In this document: positions 9,409-18,292 of the stretch, one piece after another
How positions within the stretch are numbered: the stretch's first letter is position 1
How the letters are laid out: every line of letters starts with the position of its first letter
Assembly: GCA_035758575.1 (NCBI GenBank)
Contig: DASTXH010000017.1
Coordinates: forward strand, 22,945-86,944
Source of the DNA: Candidatus Saccharimonadales bacterium
GTDB taxonomy: Bacteria > Patescibacteriota > Saccharimonadia > Saccharimonadales > UBA4665
Reading direction: 5' to 3'
DNA length: 64,000 bases
The notes under the pieces: model-generated
The model's database searches: none
What the model was told of the DNA's origin: nothing
The model's input: only the letters and a program-made list of their open reading frames with translations
Position numbers and translations under genes: made by a program

Positions 9409-10506
9409 ATGAGCTTATCTATAGGTATCGTCGGGCTGCCAAATGTTGGCAAATCTACCCTGTTCAACGCGCTGACCGGCAATGCGGTCTTGGCAGCAAA
9501 CTACCCTTTTGCTACCATCGAGCCCAACACCGGCATCGTGCCGGTACCCGACCCTCGACTCCACGTACTAGGGGATCTCTATAAAACTGAAAAAATCGTA
9601 CCCGCCACGGTAACATTCGTAGACATTGCAGGCCTGGTTGCTGGCGCCAGCCAGGGCGAGGGCCTGGGCAACCAATTTTTAAGCCATATCCGGCAAACCA
9701 ATGCCATCGTACAGGTGGTGCGGGCTTTTGAAGACTCGAACATCGTGCATGTGGATGACCGTCATGATCCCAAGCACGACATTGATGTCATCAATACCGA
9801 GCTGGTTTTAGCCGACCTGCAAACCGTAGAACGCCGCCTGCCCCGGGTAGAAAAAGAGTCACGCGCCGATGCCAAGCTGCGCCCTTACGCTGCGGCGCTC
9901 ACCGAAATAAAAACGGTACTCGACCAGGGCAAGCTTGCGTATGAAGCACTCCACACTCAACCGGCAGAAACCCGCAGCTGGCTGGAACGTGAGTTACAGC
10001 TCCTGACCGCCAAGCCAATCGTCTATTTGTTTAATGTGGACGAGGCCACCCTTACCGATGATGCCAAAAAGCAAAAACTCAGCAGCCTGGTCGCACCGGC
10101 ACATTCCCTGTTCGTATGCGCCAAGCTGGAGAGCGAGCTGCAAGGTCTGGACGAAGCCGATGCGCTGGAGCTGCTGGAGAGCTATGGCGTACATGAATCC
10201 GGCCTGATGCAGCTTATTCATACCGCCTACGATACGTTGGGCCTGCAAAGCTATCTTACCGCCGGAGAGAAAGAGGTACGTGCCTGGACTATCGCCCGCG
10301 GTTCCACCGCCCCGCAAGCGGCCGGTGTGATCCACACCGATTTTGAACGTGGTTTTATTGCAGCGCAAATAGTTGATTATGACGACCTCATAACAGCGGG
10401 CTCTGAAACTGCAGCTAAGGCTGCCGGCAAGATGCGTACCGAAGGCAAAGAGTACATCATGCAGCCCGGCGATGTGGTTGAGTTCCGTTTCAACGTGTCA
10501 AAGTAG
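9409..10506 (+). CDS. ychF: Ribosome-binding ATPase YchF
   Basis: 365 aa. [24 protein letters not shown]1 motif, an Obg-type GTPase core and a C-terminal TGS-like domain (...[10 protein letters not shown]). Confidence 0.95.
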   Translation: MSLSIGIVGLPNVGKSTLFNALTGNAVLAANYPFATIEPNTGIVPVPDPRLHVLGDLYKTEKIVPATVTFVDIAGLVAGASQGEGLGNQFLSHIRQTNAIVQVVRAFEDSNIVHVDDRHDPKHDIDVINTELVLADLQTVERRLPRVEKESRADAKLRPYAAALTEIKTVLDQGKLAYEALHTQPAETRSWLERELQLLTAKPIVYLFNVDEATLTDDAKKQKLSSLVAPAHSLFVCAKLESELQGLDEADALELLESYGVHESGLMQLIHTAYDTLGLQSYLTAGEKEVRAWTIARGSTAPQAAGVIHTDFERGFIAAQIVDYDDLITAGSETAAKAAGKMRTEGKEYIMQPGDVVEFRFNVSK

Positions 10507-10516
10507 CCGCCTTACC

Positions 10517-11230
10517 TTACACTGATGCTATCCCCGGAAAACGCCGGCTCATCCACGGCACGCGGGTGTATGCGCTGATGACGGGCACCACCCGCTTCAT
10601 CGCCGCCATACTTAGTTGGCCAGGCGATAGTTGTGATAGGTGATGGCCGGCATTCAGCCTCGCCCCGGCAATACCCATAAGTGTTGTGGCTGGTGACGCA
10701 ACCGAGGGAGTCAATCCGGCCGGCTGCTGGCCGGTCATTTGCTGGTACTGATACTGCTGGATTGCCAGAAAAAGCTGTATCTGCCGATCCAGATGCGCCA
10801 AATGTGCCTGCTGCGCCTCTTGCCGTACCTGCTGCTGCTTCTTCACCTCTGTTATACGGTATTGTACAAAGCCCAGCAGGCGCCGCAGCCGCGACGCATT
10901 CCAGCTCGTGAAAAGCAGCGTCTTCATGCCGGCGCTAATCTTTACCTCCGCCCCGATAAAGCGGTGGTTGAAGTCGAACTCATTTATCATGTCGAAGCGC
11001 AGGTCTTCAATAGTCAGGAAGCTGAGGGGTTTCTTGTCGACCAGTATCAGGCGCTCGCGCGTGGCGACCAGGAGGGCGAAGCCAGCTTCGTAGAAGCCAT
11101 TGACACATTCGTCAATTTCCTCCTCGGGCATCAAGACGTTGCACAATTCACTCACTTCGCTCCTCCCCCAGCCGCTAGGATTGAAACGAATGTGCTTGAG
11201 CTGCAGTTCCAGATTATTTTTGCTAATCAT
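10517..11230 (-). CDS. Hypothetical protein with bacterial PH-domain-like N-terminus and Q-rich linker
   Basis: 237 aa. The N-terminal ~130 aa resembles YokE-type bPH domains (GFALLVATRERLILVDKKP...TIEDLRFDMI). The rest is low-complexity. Confidence 0.5.
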   Translation of the reverse strand: MISKNNLELQLKHIRFNPSGWGRSEVSELCNVLMPEEEIDECVNGFYEAGFALLVATRERLILVDKKPLSFLTIEDLRFDMINEFDFNHRFIGAEVKISAGMKTLLFTSWNASRLRRLLGFVQYRITEVKKQQQVRQEAQQAHLAHLDRQIQLFLAIQQYQYQQMTGQQPAGLTPSVASPATTLMGIAGARLNAGHHLSQLSPGQLSMAAMKRVVPVISAYTRVPWMSRRFPGIASV

Positions 11231-11382
11231 GGTGCCCTTCCTCCCTCTCTGTATAGGTGCTATAAGCTATAGTAAAACAGCCTACAGAATAAGCCGTAAG
11301 AATGGTTACACCGTCTTGGCGAGCTTTGTCACACGTTCAGGGGTGCTTGCGGAAAATGTGATATAAGCCTATACTACGTATC

Positions 11383-12039
11383 ATGCTGGCTACCTTGCGG
11401 CAAACTGCAGAACTAGTAGACTTCTTCCGAAAAAAGGGCCTCAGGGCATGCTACGAGAAGAATGATTACATAATTAAACCCGGCGAATTCCCGCCGGGTG
11501 TTTTTTATATCGTCGAGGGCCTCGTAAAAGCCTACAACGTCAGCCGGTATAACGAAGAGAATCTGCTGATTATCCGTAAAGAACACGAACTTTTTCCGCT
11601 TATATGGGCCATCACCGGCCGCGAGCGCAAAGTGATATACCAGGCGATTAGCCCGGTGACTACCCTGCGCGTCAGCCGGGAAGATTTTACCGCATTTATG
11701 CGCAGCAACCCTGACACTCTGGCGCCGCTAATGGACATGACACTAGAGATGTACCGGCTGCACAGCGAGCGGCTGATCAACCTGGAATATCGCACGGTAC
11801 GCGAACGTATCATTTCGTTCCTGCTTACCATGGCAACCCGCTTTGGGCGGCAAACCGAAGATGGCGTACTGATTACCGCGCCGCTGCGTCACCAAGACAT
11901 AGCCAGCTCGGTCAACTCATCGCGCGAAACCACCAGCCGCGAGCTGGCCATTATGGTGCGTAAAGGGTTACTGGGCCGCTCATCATCACGTATTGTGCTG
12001 CGCGATATAAAAGCGCTGCGTGCCTATATCAGCAAATAG
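11383..12039 (+). CDS. Crp/Fnr family transcriptional regulator
   Basis: 218 aa with a cNMP-binding beta-barrel N-terminus and a C-terminal HTH (HQDIASSVNSSRETTSRELAIMVRKGLL). Confidence 0.85.
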   Translation: MLATLRQTAELVDFFRKKGLRACYEKNDYIIKPGEFPPGVFYIVEGLVKAYNVSRYNEENLLIIRKEHELFPLIWAITGRERKVIYQAISPVTTLRVSREDFTAFMRSNPDTLAPLMDMTLEMYRLHSERLINLEYRTVRERIISFLLTMATRFGRQTEDGVLITAPLRHQDIASSVNSSRETTSRELAIMVRKGLLGRSSSRIVLRDIKALRAYISK

Positions 12040-12043
12040 GCTC

Positions 12044-12718
12044 TTACGTGGTTGAGGCTGGGCGCCAATCTGCCAACATCCGCTCTATGATCTCTACCAC
12101 CTTCTCGTGCGGCGGCACATCGTGCTGATCGTAATAATGATCTGTAGAGATATAATCTTCGACCACATTCAAACAAAAGATTTCATCGGCAGCCACATGT
12201 AGGCGGTCTACCGCCTTCACACTCGCCAGCGGCGTGGCCACAATCAGCCGTTTGATGGCCACTGGCTTCAGGAATGCGACTGCGACATCAAAGGCAAACC
12301 CGCTCGCCAGGCCGTCTGACACAACGATAACATTCTGTCCTTCGAGTAAACGCTTGTCGATGGTCCGGCCGTTGCCAGTTGCGTGGTTGAGATTACTGAG
12401 ACGCGTCAGCTTTTCCTGTTCGATATACTGATAATATTCACCGATAAGCTCATCGATCTCGCCGGGCGAATACGCCGTGTTGTAGGATAACGACCCGTCT
12501 TGTGAGATGCCAGCAACTGCGTCTGGTTCGCGCGGCAGGGTTATTTCCTCGGTTAGCAGCATGGACAGTACGCAGCGCAGCGCTCCGGCAATTTGCGCCC
12601 CTACCACCGCTCCGCCGTCGCTGAGCGCCACCACAGCACATGGCTGTCCGTGATACTTCGGCGCAATCTGACTGGCGAGCATACGACCAGCCTGCGTTCT
12701 GCTAGCAAAATACATCAC
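12044..12718 (-). CDS. Phosphoribosyltransferase-domain protein
   Basis: 224 aa with a PRPP-loop-like motif NVIVVSDGLASGF. Layout resembles predicted PRTases of unknown substrate. Confidence 0.65.
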   Translation of the reverse strand: MMYFASRTQAGRMLASQIAPKYHGQPCAVVALSDGGAVVGAQIAGALRCVLSMLLTEEITLPREPDAVAGISQDGSLSYNTAYSPGEIDELIGEYYQYIEQEKLTRLSNLNHATGNGRTIDKRLLEGQNVIVVSDGLASGFAFDVAVAFLKPVAIKRLIVATPLASVKAVDRLHVAADEIFCLNVVEDYISTDHYYDQHDVPPHEKVVEIIERMLADWRPASTT

Positions 12719-12747
12719 CTCTAGTGTACCACCCCCGATGGAATGCG

Positions 12748-13482
12748 CTAGTGCTTTGTCGGCTGGGACGCTAGACGTAGCAGGTAGAATCGCTCACGAT
12801 TACCTTTTGCTCCTGGCACAGCCGAATCCGCTTTGTCGATGATCACAAATCGGCCGCGTACCCACTGCTCAAAATCCTGCAGCACATCACGCCGCATTCG
12901 GTCATTCTTGATGACACCATGGTGCTTGATGTTGCTCGCGCCGGCCTCAAATTGGGGTTTCACCATGGCTACTACATCAGTTCGAGGTGTCACTAATGTG
13001 GCGATGTGCGGCAAAATAGCCCGCAAAGAAATAAACGATACATCCATCACCACTGCGTCAATACGCTCATGGGCTACAAAGTCTCGAATATCGGTCTTTT
13101 CATGAAGCTCTATGCGTGGATTTCCATGCAGACTAGAATGTAGCTGGTCGGTGCCTACGTCTACTGCGATAACCTTCTGGGCACCGTGCTGTAATACATA
13201 GTCGGTAAAACCACCAGTAGAACTGCCCACGTCCAGCACAGTTTTCCCCATAAAATCCACATGAAACAGTTGTGCTACGCTCGCCAGCTTCAACCCGGCC
13301 CGGCTCACATATTGCTGGCTGACGTGCAAGGCTACTGTGTCTTCACGCGCCACCAATAGCCCTGTTTTTGTGGCGATTTTGCCATTTACGGTCACTTTAC
13401 CCAACCGGATATAGCTTTCCGCCTGGCTGCGCGTCGGCGTCAGCCCGCGTGCCGTCATCGCCTGGTCAAGCCGCTGTTTCAT
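12748..13482 (-). CDS. tlyA: TlyA-family rRNA 2'-O-methyltransferase
   Basis: 244 aa with an S4 RNA-binding N-terminus (RLDQAMTARGLTPTRSQAESYIRLGKVTVNG) and an FtsJ-type SAM motif VLDVGSSTGGFTD. Confidence 0.85.
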   Translation of the reverse strand: MKQRLDQAMTARGLTPTRSQAESYIRLGKVTVNGKIATKTGLLVAREDTVALHVSQQYVSRAGLKLASVAQLFHVDFMGKTVLDVGSSTGGFTDYVLQHGAQKVIAVDVGTDQLHSSLHGNPRIELHEKTDIRDFVAHERIDAVVMDVSFISLRAILPHIATLVTPRTDVVAMVKPQFEAGASNIKHHGVIKNDRMRRDVLQDFEQWVRGRFVIIDKADSAVPGAKGNRERFYLLRLASQPTKH

Positions 13483-13499
13483 GGCGCTCTCTGTACGCC

Positions 13500-14066
13500 T
13501 TAGTCCTTAACGCGTTCGCGGTAGGTGAAGTTGGTGGTATCAACCGAAATAAGATCACCGGTCTTAATGAATGCTGGCACTTTGATAGTAATACCGGTTT
13601 CGAGCGTAGCGTCCTTTGTAATAGAAGTACTGGTATCACCCTTCACCACGGTTTCAGTGTAGGTTACTTTCAGCGGCACATTCTTTGGCAGTTCAACATT
13701 GATAGGACGGCCCTCGAACAATTGTATGGTTACACGGTCGCCTTCTTTCATAAGGCCGGCACTGTCGCCCACCAATTCCGCAGGCACCTCGAACTGCTCG
13801 AAGGTGTCTTCGTTCATGAAGTAGAATGTAGCGGTATCGCGGTACAGATACTGTACGCCCTGGTTCGACACATCAGCGCTGTCGAGCTGCTCGTTGCCCT
13901 TGAAGGTCTTTTCCAGTACCTTCCCGTCAATCAGGCTCTTGATGCGCACATTCACGATGGAGCCGCCACGGCCCATCACTTTTTGGGCATAGTCCACCAC
14001 CCGATACGGCACGCCGTCCATCTGGAACAGGGCGCCTTTTCGTAGATCAGTGATGCTTAATGCCAT
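13500..14066 (-). CDS. efp: Translation elongation factor P
   Basis: 188 aa, colinear with EF-P over three domains. The tip loop reads VMGRGGS (Arg at the usual Lys position). Confidence 0.95.
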   Translation of the reverse strand: MALSITDLRKGALFQMDGVPYRVVDYAQKVMGRGGSIVNVRIKSLIDGKVLEKTFKGNEQLDSADVSNQGVQYLYRDTATFYFMNEDTFEQFEVPAELVGDSAGLMKEGDRVTIQLFEGRPINVELPKNVPLKVTYTETVVKGDTSTSITKDATLETGITIKVPAFIKTGDLISVDTTNFTYRERVKD

Positions 14067-14075
14067 ATGTCCTCC

Positions 14076-14408
14076 TTAGCTCAGACATTCTATAAGATTA
14101 TCCAGTAATGTAGAAAACTCAACAACTTCTACGGCGCTGAAAACACCGGACTCGCTGGCCGCCAAGACACCCTGTCGTACCGTATCAGCATAGGCATGAG
14201 CCGTTTTAGCGTGCAGTTGCTGGTCGTGCCGGTTCTCGGCATATTCATAATCCCGCGCCTCAAGCCGCAGGTCGATGACCTGCATTTTAAGTGACGACGC
14301 AATGTCGCGCGGGCGGGGCGCCAGTTCCGCCATATCTATGCCGGACAGCGCCCGTAGCATGTAATTTTCCAGTTGCCGAGCAATGCCGTACGGTGATGAA
14401 GATTGCAT
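14076..14408 (-). CDS. Hypothetical protein
   Basis: 110-aa ORF tightly spaced downstream of rpsR. No recognisable motif. Confidence 0.45.
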   Translation of the reverse strand: MQSSSPYGIARQLENYMLRALSGIDMAELAPRPRDIASSLKMQVIDLRLEARDYEYAENRHDQQLHAKTAHAYADTVRQGVLAASESGVFSAVEVVEFSTLLDNLIECLS

Positions 14409-14450
14409 ATCCTCTATTGTACAGGCCTGCCAGCGCCTTTTGGTAGCTGC

Positions 14451-14654
14451 TTAGTTATTAGCCACGAATGCCAAGAGACCGATATGGCGAGCGCGCTTGA
14501 TAGCACGCGCCAAGTGGCGCTGCTGGCTCTCGGTCAGACCCGTCTTCTTGCGGGTCTCAATTTGACCATATACGTTTACATAGCGCTGCAAGGTCTTGAA
14601 GTCCTTGTAGTCAAAATATGCAACATCTGTCCGTGATTTGAAAATCTTTGCCAT
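14451..14654 (-). CDS. rpsR: 30S ribosomal protein S18
   Basis: 67 aa containing ...DYKDFKTLQRYVNVYGQIETRKKTGLTESQQRHLARAIKRARHIGLL, the typical S18 core. Confidence 0.95.
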   Translation of the reverse strand: MAKIFKSRTDVAYFDYKDFKTLQRYVNVYGQIETRKKTGLTESQQRHLARAIKRARHIGLLAFVANN

Positions 14655-14904
14655 AGTAGATAAACGGAGACAAACCCTTGCAGGGTTTTTCTCGTCGGAG
14701 CTGGCGAAATAAATTCGCCTCCGCCTTTCAGGCGGACCGCTCCTGCTCTTTTCCCCGTTTCTTCTCCTTCCTTCAAAAAATATTTAAGTGCCTTGCCTCC
14801 GACGCGCTCCGGGAAGAGCAGCGACCGGTTCGCCTGAAAGGCGAATTCGGATTTACTCCGAAAGGGAGCGATGAGAAACCCGCTTTAGCGGGTGTCTCAT
14901 ATGG
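14655..14904 (-). other. 250-nt helix-dense spacer between ssb and rpsR (candidate structured RNA element or foldback insertion)
   Basis: No ORF. Six local perfect hairpins are present (for example 14703-14719, 14720-14736, 14829-14845, 14871-14900). Two crossing 8-bp long-range helices occur (14693-14700:14797-14804 and 14743-14750:14814-14821). Segments 14720-14736 and 14829-14845 are near-complementary over 17 nt. Confidence 0.4.
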
Positions 14905-15363
14905 CTAAAATGGGATCTCGTCGAGATTGATCGAGCCGTCAACATCATTGATGACGGTATCGTCGTTCGACGCTTTGCCCTTTGGCTGTGATGAGGCACC
15001 ACCACCATTGCCGCCACCCTCACCACCGCGACCATCTACGAAGTTGAAATCCTCAACGATTACTTCGACCTTCGAACGCTTTTGGCCGCTTTCTTTATCT
15101 TCCCAGCTCCGCTGGTCAAGGCGTCCGCTTACCAATATGGCGCGACCCTTGCCCAGGTACTGGGCGATAATTTCACCTGGTTTACCCCATGCCACACAGT
15201 CGATATAGCTGACGCTCTCCTGCTGTGTGCCATCTTGCCCGCGCCATGTACGGTTTACTGCCAGCGAAAAGCTGGTAACGCTTTGGCCGCTTGGCGTGGT
15301 ACGCGTCTCTGGGTCCCTGGTAAGGTTGCCCATGAGAATCACCTTGTTAAATCCCTTTGCCAT
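14905..15363 (-). CDS. ssb: Single-stranded DNA-binding protein
   Basis: 152 aa with an OB-fold N-terminus (FNKVILMGNLTRDPETR), a Gly-rich linker and an acidic tip ending DEIPF. Confidence 0.95.
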   Translation of the reverse strand: MAKGFNKVILMGNLTRDPETRTTPSGQSVTSFSLAVNRTWRGQDGTQQESVSYIDCVAWGKPGEIIAQYLGKGRAILVSGRLDQRSWEDKESGQKRSKVEVIVEDFNFVDGRGGEGGGNGGGASSQPKGKASNDDTVINDVDGSINLDEIPF

Positions 15364-15396
15364 GATTCCCCTCCTGGCTGATGTTATCCGACCGTT

Positions 15397-15774
15397 TTAC
15401 GCTTCCGCGTCTTTTTCTTCCGTAGATTCACCGCGCTCGGCAGCCTTCTTAGCTTTCTCGGCCTTGGCAGCTTCTGCCTTGGCGATAGCTTTCAGGTCCG
15501 GGCGGGTGATCAAGAAACGAATTACCTCATCGGTAATATTGAGCGTGCTTTCTACCTTCTGCACGTTTTCTGACGGCAGCTCTACGGTATAAAACACGTA
15601 GACGGCGTAATCATTCTTCTTGATCGGGTACGCCAGCTTACGCTTGCCCCAGTTATCGGTATTGACGATTTTGGCGCCGTTGTCAGCGAAAATCTTCTCT
15701 ACACGCTTGCTTGCCTTTCCCAGATCAATCTCTAGGTCAGGATGATACAGCACGGCAACTTCGTATTGATGCAC
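15397..15774 (-). CDS. rpsF: 30S ribosomal protein S6
   Basis: 125 aa with an S6 core plus a K/A/E-rich tail. GTG start with AAAGGAG Shine-Dalgarno. Confidence 0.95.
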   Translation of the reverse strand: MHQYEVAVLYHPDLEIDLGKASKRVEKIFADNGAKIVNTDNWGKRKLAYPIKKNDYAVYVFYTVELPSENVQKVESTLNITDEVIRFLITRPDLKAIAKAEAAKAEKAKKAAERGESTEEKDAEA

Positions 15775-15839
15775 GAGGTTCTCCTTTGGTTATAGCCTGC
15801 ACTCACCATGTGGATGCAAACCGAGTTAATGATGGGCTC

Positions 15840-15868
15840 ATTATACTATATTCACCCCTGTTGAGCAA
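15840..15868 (-). promoter_or_regulatory. Candidate sigma-70 promoter of the rpsF-ssb-rpsR operon (TTGCTC-N17-TATAAT)
   Basis: Reverse strand: -35 TTGCTC (15863-15868), 17-nt spacer, -10 TATAAT (15840-15845), about 65 nt upstream of the rpsF start. Confidence 0.4.
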
Positions 15869-15950
15869 GAGGCGCAGATACCGGCATACCGCCTAAGGTT
15901 TTATTTACGACGAAACATTGTTGCCGTTACGTCCCGTCTGCTATGATGCG

Positions 15951-16922
15951 ATGGTGGGTACGCATCCTATCGTTATATCTGGGTCCATCGCCATCGACCG
16001 TATTATGAATTTCCAGGGCCGGTACGCCGACCACATCCGCCCCGAGAAAATTGATTCGCTTTCTATTTCAATCTTTATACAAAATCTGACTGATGCACAT
16101 GGCGGCGTCGGCGCCAACATCGCCTATTCGCTGGCGCTACTGGGTGAAACGCCCATCTTATTGGGCGCCGTCGGCAAGGACGGCTTGCTCTACATGGAAG
16201 AACTGGCCCACCAGGGCGTGGACATCACCCACGTGTTTGAAAGTAAGCTCCCTACCGCTACTTTTACCGTGCTTACCGACAGCGATCAAAACCAAGTGGG
16301 CGGCTTTTACCCCGGCGCGATGTTCGATAGCAGCACGCTTACCCTGGAACATTGGAAAGATGCCGCGCCCATAGTGGTAGTATCGCCCCACGACCCAAAA
16401 GCCATGAAACGCCAGGTTGCCGAGTGCAAAAAATGGTCGCTGCGCTTGTGCTACGACATCGGCCAACAAGTCAGCAACATCCCCGCCGAAGACTTATTAG
16501 CCGGCATGCAGACGGCAGAAATGCTTATCTTGAACGATTATGAGCTGACTACCTTCAGCCAAAAAGTGGGTGTCAGCATCGCAGATATCAAGAAAAAAGT
16601 GCCGGTCGTGATCACCACGCTCGGCAAAGATGGATCTGTTATTGAAGGTGCGCGCATACCTACATCCATCCAGGTAGGCGCTGCAACGGTCAAGCATGTT
16701 GCTGACCCTACTGGTGCGGGCGACGCATATCGCAGCGGGCTTTTGTACGGCCTAGCGCGGGACTGGCCGCTGAAGGCTTGTGCCCAGCTGGGAGCAATTT
16801 GCGGCGCATACGCCGTAGAATCGTTGGGCACTCAAGCGCACAGCTGGACGCCCGCGGAAATTACCGACCGGTACGAGCAGACGTTTTCCGAACCACTACC
16901 AAGTGTATTACACGATAAATAA
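15951..16922 (+). CDS. PfkB-family carbohydrate/nucleoside kinase (adenosine-kinase-like by context)
   Basis: PfkB signature DPTGAGDAYRSGLLYG near the C-terminus. ATG at 15951 is preferred over the TTG at 15918. Immediately upstream of ahcY. Confidence 0.8.
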   Translation: MVGTHPIVISGSIAIDRIMNFQGRYADHIRPEKIDSLSISIFIQNLTDAHGGVGANIAYSLALLGETPILLGAVGKDGLLYMEELAHQGVDITHVFESKLPTATFTVLTDSDQNQVGGFYPGAMFDSSTLTLEHWKDAAPIVVVSPHDPKAMKRQVAECKKWSLRLCYDIGQQVSNIPAEDLLAGMQTAEMLILNDYELTTFSQKVGVSIADIKKKVPVVITTLGKDGSVIEGARIPTSIQVGAATVKHVADPTGAGDAYRSGLLYGLARDWPLKACAQLGAICGAYAVESLGTQAHSWTPAEITDRYEQTFSEPLPSVLHDK

Positions 16923-16935
16923 TTAAGGAGACAGC

Positions 16936-18225
16936 ATGGCTGACTATAAGGTCAAAGACATTGCCCTGGCGGACTGGGGACGCAAAGAAATAACACTCGC
17001 TGAAAAAGAAATGCCGGGCCTCATGAGCCTTCGTGCCGAATACAAGGGCAAGAAGCCGCTACAAGGCGCGCGCATCGTAGGATGTCTGCATATGACCATT
17101 CAGACCGCCGTACTTATTGAAACACTTGTGGAGCTTGGCGCCGACGTACGCTGGTCTTCGTGCAACATTTTCAGCACCCAAGATCATGCCGCAGCCGCCA
17201 TTGCCAAAGCCGGCATACCGGTCTTTGCCTGGAAAGGCGAAACCGAAGAAGAATACTGGTGGTGTGTCGAAGAAAGCCTGAAATACCCCGACGGCAAAGG
17301 TCCAAATCTGCTGTTGGATGACGGCGGCGACCTGACGCAGCTGGTGCACACCAAGCACCCGGAATTATTGAAAGATATAAAAGGTGTCAGCGAAGAAACA
17401 ACTACCGGCGTGCATCATCTGTACCAAATGCTCACCAACAAGAACCTGAAAATCCCCGCTATCAATGTGAATGACTCCGTCACTAAGAGCAAATTCGACA
17501 ACAAATACGGCTGCCGCGAATCACTGGTAGACGGCATCAAGCGCGCTACCGACGTAATGCTGGCTGGCAAAGTTGCCGTAGTCGCTGGCTATGGCGATGT
17601 TGGCAAAGGCTGCGCGCAGTCGCTGGATACCTACGGCTGCCGCGTGCTTGTCACCGAAGTTGACCCCATCTGCGCCCTGCAGGCCATGATGGAAGGCTAC
17701 GAAGTAACCACCATGGAAGAAGCCGTAAAAGAAGGCGATATTTTTGTCACCACCACCGGCTGCAAAGACATTATTACCTTAGAACATATGGAGCGCATGA
17801 AAGATACGGCCATCGTCTGCAACATCGGCCACTTCGATGTCGAAATCCAGGTAGGACGGCTCGAAAAAGCCAAAGGCGTCAAAAAGGAAGAAGTCAAACC
17901 ACAGGTTGATCTGTATACCTTCCCCGACGGCCATCGCATCATCCTGCTGGCGTCCGGCCGGTTAGTGAACCTGGGCTGCGCTACGGGCCACCCATCGTTC
18001 GTGATGAGCAACTCGTTCACCAACCAGGTGTTGGCACAGCTGGAGCTTTGGACAAAGCAATATGATCTCGGCGTACACCGTCTACCCAAAGAACTGGACG
18101 AGAAAGTTGCACGCTTGCATGTAGAGGCACTCGGCGGCAAGCTGACCGCACTGTCGACCGACCAAGCCGAATACCTAGGTCTTGCCAAGGGCGGCCCTTA
18201 CAAGCCAGAGCACTACCGCTACTAG
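16936..18225 (+). CDS. ahcY: S-adenosyl-L-homocysteine hydrolase
   Basis: 429 aa. [19 protein letters not shown]..., NAD-binding [10 protein letters not shown] and C-terminal ...[16 protein letters not shown] Shine-Dalgarno. Confidence 0.95.
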   Translation: MADYKVKDIALADWGRKEITLAEKEMPGLMSLRAEYKGKKPLQGARIVGCLHMTIQTAVLIETLVELGADVRWSSCNIFSTQDHAAAAIAKAGIPVFAWKGETEEEYWWCVEESLKYPDGKGPNLLLDDGGDLTQLVHTKHPELLKDIKGVSEETTTGVHHLYQMLTNKNLKIPAINVNDSVTKSKFDNKYGCRESLVDGIKRATDVMLAGKVAVVAGYGDVGKGCAQSLDTYGCRVLVTEVDPICALQAMMEGYEVTTMEEAVKEGDIFVTTTGCKDIITLEHMERMKDTAIVCNIGHFDVEIQVGRLEKAKGVKKEEVKPQVDLYTFPDGHRIILLASGRLVNLGCATGHPSFVMSNSFTNQVLAQLELWTKQYDLGVHRLPKELDEKVARLHVEALGGKLTALSTDQAEYLGLAKGGPYKPEHYRY

Positions 18226-18238
18226 AACGGATGCGATG

Positions 18239-18272
18239 AAAAAGAGTGCGCCGAAGTGGCGCACTCTTTTTT
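18239..18272. terminator. Bidirectional rho-independent terminator between ahcY and ftsK
   Basis: aaaaAGAGTGCGCC-gaagt-GGCGCACTCTttttt: a 10-bp GC-rich stem flanked by an A-run and a T-run. Confidence 0.75.
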
Positions 18273-18292
18273 ATGTAGCTTGAATACGTTAA

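Noticed and set aside
11318-11366. A Crp/Fnr-type operator upstream of the Crp-family regulator (TGTCACA … TGTGATA).
   Set aside because: The two half-sites are about 24 nt apart rather than 6 nt. Neither has a proper partner half-site at the canonical spacing.
14672-14690. The hairpin aaaccct-tgc-agggttttt as a plus-strand terminator implying a plus-strand gene in the ssb-rpsR spacer.
   Set aside because: No plus-strand gene or promoter precedes it (the 14403-14636 ORF is antisense to rpsR). The T-run is part of the foldback and is equally explained as the base of the reverse-strand structure.
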